Assembly (NCBI GenBank): GCA_951406725.2
Contig: OX597822.1
Coordinates: 47,802,001-47,866,000, forward strand
Origin: Octopus vulgaris
Lineage: Eukaryota
DNA: 64,000 bases
Reading direction: 5' to 3'
Numbering within the stretch: the stretch's first letter is position 1; the number at the start of each line of letters is the position of its first letter. The notes under the pieces are model-generated. The model was not told where the DNA came from and made no database searches. It worked only from the letters and a program-made list of their open reading frames with translations. The position numbers and the translations under genes were made by a program. Shown one piece after another: positions 58,901 through 64,000 of this stretch.

Positions 58901-61620
58901 AACATCAGTGGCATGGAGAGGGGAGGCTGGTATGCACGGGCGACTGCTGGTCTTCCATAAACAACTTTGCCCGGACTTGTGCCTCAGAGGGTAACTTTCT
59001 AGGTGCAATCCCATGGTCATTCATGATTGAAGGGGTTTCCTCCTAATTATTTTTGCCAGTTGAGTGGACTGGAGCAACATGAAATAAAGTGTCTTGCTCA
59101 AGGACACAACATGCTGCTTGGAACTGAACTCATGACCCAACAATCATAAGCCAAATACACAAACCCCTTAGCCACGTGCCTCCACCTGATGTTAGAGCAA
59201 CAGATTAACACCCACATAGCAATGTATTCAAATATGACCGAGTAGACATCACAACAGTCAATCTTATTGTACTTCTAAGCCCCAAACAGAAGACTTTTTT
59301 AGTATTAGGGACAAATTACAAGTGCATAAAATTTGTGATGGTGTATCTGGCCTGAGTAAAATAATGAATCTTTAATTTTACAAATTCAGAAACATAAAGT
59401 GTTACTGTATCTCCTGCGTCAGTAGCGACGGATTTTGACTTAGCATGACAGAGAGTACATGCAACTGATAAAGCACAAAAAAGCAGAAAAGTACATCTAA
59501 CTTTCTGACCACCACTACTGGACGATTTCCACTTGCTACTCATACATTTGTGTTCTTCAACATAGTGCATCCATAAAATATATATTATCTCTGAATGGTT
59601 ACCACAATTAATCTGCTTTTGCATGATGTGTTTGCTTTAAGTATGATACACACATGGCTATTTTAATCTAATACTACTTTTACTGCACATATCAGATTAC
59701 AATATTTCTGTTCTATATTTAAAAGATGAGGAATTATGTACATTATTTACATTTGATGGATATTTGACAGGCATATGGCGTAGTTGTCAAGAGCGCAGGC
59801 TACTAACCCCAAGATACCAAATTCGATTCCAAGTAGTGACCTGAATTATAATAATAATAATAATATCAAAAAATACCTTAGGAATGAGAACCCAGGTTCG
59901 AAATTTTCCCAAGACACCTGATGAAGGCTTGGAGGGTATATCAGCCAAAACGTTGTGTTAACAAGAAACAAGATAAGGACAAATATCTGTCAAATGTAAA
60001 TAATGTACTATATTTCTGCTGAAATACACTACCTTTGTTCCAATAACAATGAAGAATTTGCTAAAATATTTTTATCATTATTAACCCTGGTATTTTTGAA
60101 CATCAATTAACACGAAATTTTGATATATAGTTTTAATTTGCATCAGTTTAAAACAGGAGGTATTCATCATAGATCTCAAACAAATACCACCACTGCTTTT
60201 GCTATCACTATTATTACCACAACTTTTTATACAGCTAACACCACAATATAAACTACCATGACTGCTACCCCTATTATTTCAAACGAAATGGACCAGACCA
60301 ATCCAAGAACAAGAGTTAAAAGTCTTCAACAAAAACACAGCACAATGCCGGTAGAAGAACTTGAACCAGTGACCCCACATTCAGTGGGAGGAGTCAACAC
60401 CCCCTCTCTATCATCTACTAAAATTCTCCACATCCAATACAAAGCTGGTTTAAAGTAACAACATTACCTTAGATGTTCAGATGATTCTTTTGAAGATGTT
60501 TTTTCTCCTGAAGATGAATTTGTATCCTGACAAGCTGAGGAGTTCTCAAAATTATGTTCACCTGGCAAAGAAGAAAAACCCGGAAACGGGGAGCTTTGTC
60601 AGTCATCATCATCAGCTTCCATATCACCACAGTTGCTGTCACAAGCGGATCTGCATCATTACACTGGTATCAGACACTCACATGCACACAGCATTAAAAA
60701 AAAATAAAAATGGATTTCTAACATTGTTACAATGCATATCATCATCATTTAACATCCACTTTTCCATATTCTCATGGGTCGGATGAAATTCATTGAGGCA
60801 CATTTTCTACAGCCAGATGCACTCCCTGTTGCCGACCCTCACTTGTTTCCAAATAAGGTGATATTTCCCAATCAAAGACGAGAAACAAACAACATCACTT
60901 GTATGACAGTGGTGCCCATCTACGACCATCACATCATCAAAACAAGGATACACACACACACAATGGGCTTCTTTCAGTTTCAGTCAAACACATCCACTCA
61001 CAAGGGCTTGGTTAGCCCAGGGCTACAGTAGAAAGTTGAAGACACTTGTCCAAGGTGGGGCTGAACCCAAAACCAGATGGTTGGGAATCAAGCTTCTTAA
61101 CCTCACAGTTACACCTGCACTTATATTGGTTTCAAATTTTGGCACAAGGCCAGCAATTCCAAGGAGGAGGTAAGTTGATTACACCAACACCATTGATAAC
61201 TGGTATTTATTGATTCCAAAAGGATTTAATGACAAAGTCAACCTCAGTGGAATCTGCTTGAACCTATACTAACACATCTTTACACACTTTCAAAACAAGG
61301 CATCGACATAATTTCAAACCCATACATACATACTCATGAATACAGACACACTCACATGCATGCACACACACTTCCACATTAACTCCACTCCAGCACGCAA
61401 AGAGGAAGAGTAAGAACACAACTTACTGTATTGAGAAGTGTCAGTGTCTGAGAAACTAAACCGTTTCTGTAATGATGGCAAGTCTGAAAGTGACCGTTCT
61501 TGGTCACTGTCACAGGTCACTATGGTAGGGCGATGGAGCTGAATGACAGAGGCCACATCTCGAACAGTTGGAACATTACTTGACCGTTCACTGGTCGATG
61601 AACTTCTACTTTTCTGACAC
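44038..61620 (-). CDS. SENP1: Sentrin/SUMO-specific protease SENP1/2-like (Ulp1, peptidase C48), spliced, 5'-partial; complement(join(44038-44103,45310-45405,47702-47780,49274-49353,50447-50650,52146-52288,53372-53498,56831-56915,58137-58199,60468-60561,61427-61620)), about 409 aa in window
   Basis: Eleven GT-AG exons with consistent phases. Catalytic domain motifs [43 protein letters not shown] (His), CYYDS (Asp), [12 protein letters not shown] (Gln, Cys), [18 protein letters not shown]. Confidence 0.95.
44224..44453 (+). mobile_element. tRNA-headed hammerhead-containing retroelement (family D), copy 1
   Basis: A-box/B-box head, (AAT)n, then gacacCTGATGAagactggagagtatatcagccGAAAtgtgtt (44369-44411) and the shared 3' end caaatgtaaataat. 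Confidence 0.8.
45310..45405 (-). CDS. SENP1: SENP exon with catalytic Cys [32 protein letters not shown]
   Basis: Acceptor tatttccag, donor gtcagt, 96 nt, phase 0 to 0. Confidence 0.96.
47702..47780 (-). CDS. SENP1: SENP exon [26 protein letters not shown]
   Basis: Acceptor tatttctag, donor gtaagt, 79 nt, phase 2 to 0. Confidence 0.94.
49274..49353 (-). CDS. SENP1: SENP exon with catalytic Asp [26 protein letters not shown]
   Basis: Acceptor atgtttcag, donor gtaagt, 80 nt, phase 0 to 2. Confidence 0.95.
50447..50650 (-). CDS. SENP1: SENP exon with catalytic His [12 protein letters not shown]...[11 protein letters not shown]
   Basis: Acceptor cttgttcag, donor gtaagt, 204 nt, phase 0 to 0; overlaps ORF 50414..50635. 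Confidence 0.96.
51052..51348 (-). mobile_element. tRNA-derived SINE, separate family, with 13-bp TSD
   Basis: Head tggaggcacatggcctagtagttagagcagcggactcgc...gggtttgaatctc on -; tatga(t/c)ggtgatg at 51039-51051 and 51349-51361. Confidence 0.85.
51637..51765. repeat. 39-bp minisatellite, about 3.3 units
   Basis: Unit aatccacccgacaggctaccatg(a/t)actttcta(t/c)ctac(t/c)c. Confidence 0.9.
52146..52288 (-). CDS. SENP1: SENP exon [47 protein letters not shown]
   Basis: Acceptor ccttttacag, donor gtaagg, 143 nt, phase 1 to 0. Confidence 0.95.
52433..52858 (+). mobile_element. Family D copy 2 with inverted 3'-end duplication (52436-52529) and 12-bp TSD
   Basis: Head at 52531; CTGATGA at 52776; GAAAGTAAGGGC on both flanks (52421-52432, 52859-52870); a family-A 3' fragment is nested at about 52620-52710. 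Confidence 0.85.
53372..53498 (-). CDS. SENP1: SENP exon [42 protein letters not shown]
   Basis: Donor gtaagt, acceptor attattag (weaker), 127 nt, phase 0 to 1. Confidence 0.85.
54301..54507. mobile_element. piggyBac-type MITE with TTAA TSD; adjacent tandem copy about 54059-54280
   Basis: ttaa|ccctttcgttacc ... ggtaacaaaaggg|ttaa: 13-bp TIR with one mismatch. Confidence 0.85.
54892..55240 (+). mobile_element. tRNA-derived CORE-like SINE family B, near full-length; other copies 24430-24800(-), 33155-33510(+), 33535-33680(-), 37255-37660(+), 37922-38290(+), 43150-43495(-), 46060-46790(-), 63410-63570(+)
   Basis: tggctgtgtggtaagaag..tgcttcccaaccacatggttcc..gttcagtcccactg..tggcaccttgggcaagtg (CORE-like accttgggcaagt), internal microsatellite, tail ending (taaaagaa)n. 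Confidence 0.85.
55723..55980. repeat. (CT)n(TA)n(CA)n compound microsatellite with duplicated blocks
   Basis: Direct inspection. Confidence 0.9.
56318..56659. repeat. 35-bp minisatellite, about 10 units
   Basis: Unit acaactacactcggacatcttacaattaatcatac starting at 56346, 56381, 56416, 56451, 56486, 56521, 56556, 56591 and 56625; no spacers. Confidence 0.95.
56831..56915 (-). CDS. SENP1: SENP exon [28 protein letters not shown]
   Basis: Acceptor tatggcag, donor gtgagt, 85 nt, phase 2 to 0. Confidence 0.87.
56982..57147. mobile_element. Second piggyBac-type MITE family; related copy about 36480-36694
   Basis: Shared body tcaaatgtaatgcttattt.ttcacat...ggtgtga and end aaatgctaaagg(g/a)ttaa. 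Confidence 0.65.
58137..58199 (-). CDS. SENP1: SENP exon [21 protein letters not shown]
   Basis: Acceptor tatgtttag, donor gtgagt, 63 nt, phase 2 to 2; WMEEL resembles the SENP1 WIKEL segment. Confidence 0.85.
58719..59042 (+). mobile_element. tRNA-derived SINE family C with 16-bp TSD, inserted into an oppositely oriented related SINE (about 58550-59185, -)
   Basis: Head tggctcagtggttagagc...gagttcgattccc; ctaat(c/t)atttttgcca at 58703-58718 and 59043-59058. Confidence 0.88.
59713..60008 (+). mobile_element. Family D copy 3 with inverted 3'-end duplication (59713-59766)
   Basis: Head ggcatatggcgtag at 59770; CTGATGA at 59918; atatttctg repeated on both flanks (59702, 60010). Confidence 0.85.
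59913..59959 (+). ncRNA. Minimal type I hammerhead ribozyme motif (G12A, probably inactive copy)
   Basis: gacac CTGATGA a ggct(t)g-loop-cagcc AAAA cg TT gtgtt; stems I and II pair; the G of GAAA is present in sister copies. Confidence 0.7.
60468..60561 (-). CDS. SENP1: SENP exon [30 protein letters not shown]
   Basis: Acceptor ttctttgccag, donor gtaatg, 94 nt, phase 1 to 2. Confidence 0.82.
61427..61620 (-). CDS. SENP1: SENP exon [21 protein letters not shown]...[11 protein letters not shown]
   Basis: Acceptor ttttcttcag, donor gtaagt, 194 nt, phase 2 to 1; inside ORF 61314..61661. Confidence 0.85.
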
Positions 61621-62379
61621 CTGAAGAAAATATAGAGATATAAATGCAGGGGAGAAGGCAAGTCAATTACACTGATTCCAGGATGTGACTGGTACTTGAT
61701 TTTATCAAACCTGAAAAGATGAAAGACAATGCCAATCTTGGCAGGATTTCAGTTCATGACAGTCAGAATAATTATAATAATAACAATAATAATAATAACC
61801 ATCATCATCGTCATTTAACGTCCATTTTCTATGCTGGCATGGGTTGGACGATTTGACTGAGGACTGGCAAGCCAGTAGGCTGCACCAGGCTCCAATCTGA
61901 TCTGGCAAGGTTTCTACAGCTGGATGCCTTCCTAACGCCAACCACTCCGAGAGTGTAGTGGGTTCTCTTTACATACCACCAGTATGGGAACCAGTCAGGC
62001 GGCACTGGCATCAACCCATGCTCGTATGGTGCTTATTATGTGCCACCAGCTCAGGTGCCAGTCCGGCGACACTGGCATTGGCTATAACTACGATTTCGCT
62101 TGACTCAACAGGCCTTCTCAAGCACAACATATCGTCCAAATAATAACCCTTTCTACTACATGCACAAAGTCTGACATTTTGGGAGAAGGAGCTAGTCAAT
62201 TACATCATCCGCAGTGCTCCACTGGTACTTACTTCACCAACCCCACAAAGTTAACCACAGCAAGATTTGAACTAAGAAACCCCAATCTTACAATCATGAG
62301 TTTAATGTCCCAACCACTAAGCCATGCACCTTTACAAGATGATTCTATTGATCCCAGTACTAAAACTCCAAGTACAAGA

Positions 62380-62710
62380 TCCAGTCCTTGCTGCAATGTG
62401 GTAGCTTGTGTGCCTCAAGTGATCCTAAGAGGTATACCAGCAGAGCACAAGCCCCTGGTAGGGTCTCTTGTGCTAGACACGGTCAAAAGACAGAGGCCAG
62501 ACTTATAAGGACCACCTCTTCCCAGAGGTAAAAATGGGTTTGCATAGGACCAACACTCCTATGCAGGAAAACCCACAAAGTTACAAAAGCATTGATGACA
62601 ATACAAAACCAACAAGACCCGAGAGAGGAAGGCAGTCTTCCCTCAGAGAAACATGATGTGGTGCAGCGAAATCTGAAAGGAAAAAGTAGGGATCCAAATG
62701 GAGAGAAGCA
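62380..62710 (+). mobile_element. RTE-type LINE 5'UTR-like repeat; second copy about 57640-57940
   Basis: Two related copies with gcttgtgtgc..caa(g)tga.cct...gcccctggtagggtctc...ggtcaaaaga.agaggccagac, resembling RTE/Expander 5' ends. Confidence 0.55.
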
Positions 62711-62771
62711 GGAAAGAGAGCCCAGAGCCGATGGTTTATATCCCATAGGGAGTGAAAGGTTTAATAATAAT

Positions 62772-63135
62772 AAGAGCACTCAGAGAGTGCAAACTTCTGT
62801 CAAGGTAACACCAACGTCCTCTCAACGATTAGCTGGAGATGATTTTTAAAATGAGAATATCTGAAACAAACCCGACTGCTCTCACAAACGAGAATACTAG
62901 AAATAAACCCTACCGCTTTCAAAAATTAAGTAAAAAAAAAACGGAAAAATAATCTAGAATTCTTATCTGGAACTGGATCATTCTGAAAATCTAATCAGTT
63001 CATGCCAGTCACAAGGCCAAACATCCCTGAAAGTTTCATCCAAATCCATCTAGTGGTTCTTGAGATATCTTGTCCACGGACAGACAAAGAAACAGAACTG
63101 AAAACAATAGCTCCACCTTCGCTAAGGTAGAGTTA
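62772..63135 (+). mobile_element. HINE-like element, copy 2
   Basis: Collinear with 8409-8750 over its whole length; also flanked by (TAA)n. Confidence 0.65.
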
Positions 63136-63570
63136 ATAATGAAATTATGGCATACAGTGCTCAGGTGCACTACAACTCATCAAAGGTGCATGTACACTAA
63201 ATAGAATTCCCACATGGTTGGGAAAGCAAGCTTCTTAACCTCACAGTGGAGTTAACATTTGTAAGTTAATATGGAAGTGTGTGTGTGTTCATGAGTAAGT
63301 ATGTGTGGGTTTGAAATTATGTTAATGCATTGTTTTGAAAGTATGTAAAGATGTGTCAACAAAGGTTCGAGATATATGTATCAGTATAGGTTCAGTATAG
63401 ATTCCACTGAGTGGCTGTGTGGTAAGGAGCTTGCTTACCAACCACATGGTTCCAGGTTCATTCCCACTGCATGGCACCTTGGACAAGTGTCTTCTACTAT
63501 AGCCTCGGGCCGACCAAAGCCTTGTGAGTGGATTTGGTGGGTAGAAACTGAAAGAAGCCCGTCGTATATA

Positions 63571-63960
63571 TCATCATCATCGTTTAACGTCCGTTTTCCA
63601 TGCTAGCATGGGTTGGACGGTTCAACTGGGGTCTGGGAAGCCCGAAGGCTGCACCAGGCCAGTCAGATCTGGCAGTGTTTCTACAGCTGGATGCCCTTCC
63701 TAACGCCAACCACTCTGTGAGTGTAGTGGGTGCTTTTTATGTGCCACCGACACAGGTGCCAGACGAGGCTGGCGAACGGCCACGCTCAGATGGTGTTTTT
63801 ACGTGCCACCGGCACGGAGGCCAGGCGAGGCTGGCACGGCCACGATCGGATGGTGTTTGTTACGTGCCACCAGCACGGAGGCCAGTCGATGCGGTACTGG
63901 CTACGGCCACGTTCGGATGGTTTTCCTATGTGCCACCGGCACTGGTACCACAAAACTACA
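63571..63960 (-). mobile_element. RTE-tailed non-autonomous retroelement (family H) with internal 61-66-bp tandem units; other copies 41990-42325(+), 44540-44900(-), 47330-47533(+), 48380-48525(+), 48758-49110(-), 49530-49700(+), 61800-62135(-)
   Basis: ggttggcgttaggaagggcatccagctgtagaaac...ccgtccaacccatgc(c/t)agcatggaaaacggacgttaaacgatgatgat tail; the same tail ends the RTE relic at about 30460-30505. Confidence 0.8.
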
Positions 63961-64000
63961 AATTCCATTGATGTTGATCAATTTCGATTTTGATTTGATT

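Noticed and set aside
59770-59842. tRNA-like heads (also 44224, 52531, 58719, 51348) as real tRNA genes
   Set aside because: Acceptor stems do not close, copies are diverged, and each continues into a repeat body; they are SINE heads.

Overview
Eukaryotic, AT-rich, repeat-dense genomic DNA. The SINE/MITE repertoire and (TA)n/(TG)n/(TAA)n microsatellites point to a coleoid cephalopod, most likely an octopus (inference). Almost all ORFs in the supplied track are microsatellite or repeat artefacts. Two spliced genes can be assembled by hand with GT-AG introns and consistent phases, and they converge tail-to-tail. The first is an MSL1-like gene on + (7 coding exons, 29394-39620; end of the coiled coil plus a complete PEHE domain; true 5' exon uncertain). 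The second is a SENP1/2-like SUMO protease on - (11 coding exons, 61620-44038; intact His/Asp/Cys triad; 5' end beyond the window). The most notable signal is a tRNA-headed (Pol III-type) repeat present in 3 copies. It carries a minimal hammerhead-ribozyme motif, and two copies have an inverted 3'-end duplication with an extra tail plus target-site duplications, which suggests a SINE mobilised by Penelope-like machinery. Two further unrelated hammerhead motifs lie near 10.5-10.9 kb. Other leads are a candidate PEHE-less MSL1 isoform, a candidate first exon with an ATGA-overlapping uORF, A-to-I-restorable residues near the SENP active site, and a CpG-decay boundary at about 29.7 kb. No database search or folding program was run; all calls come from reading the sequence.
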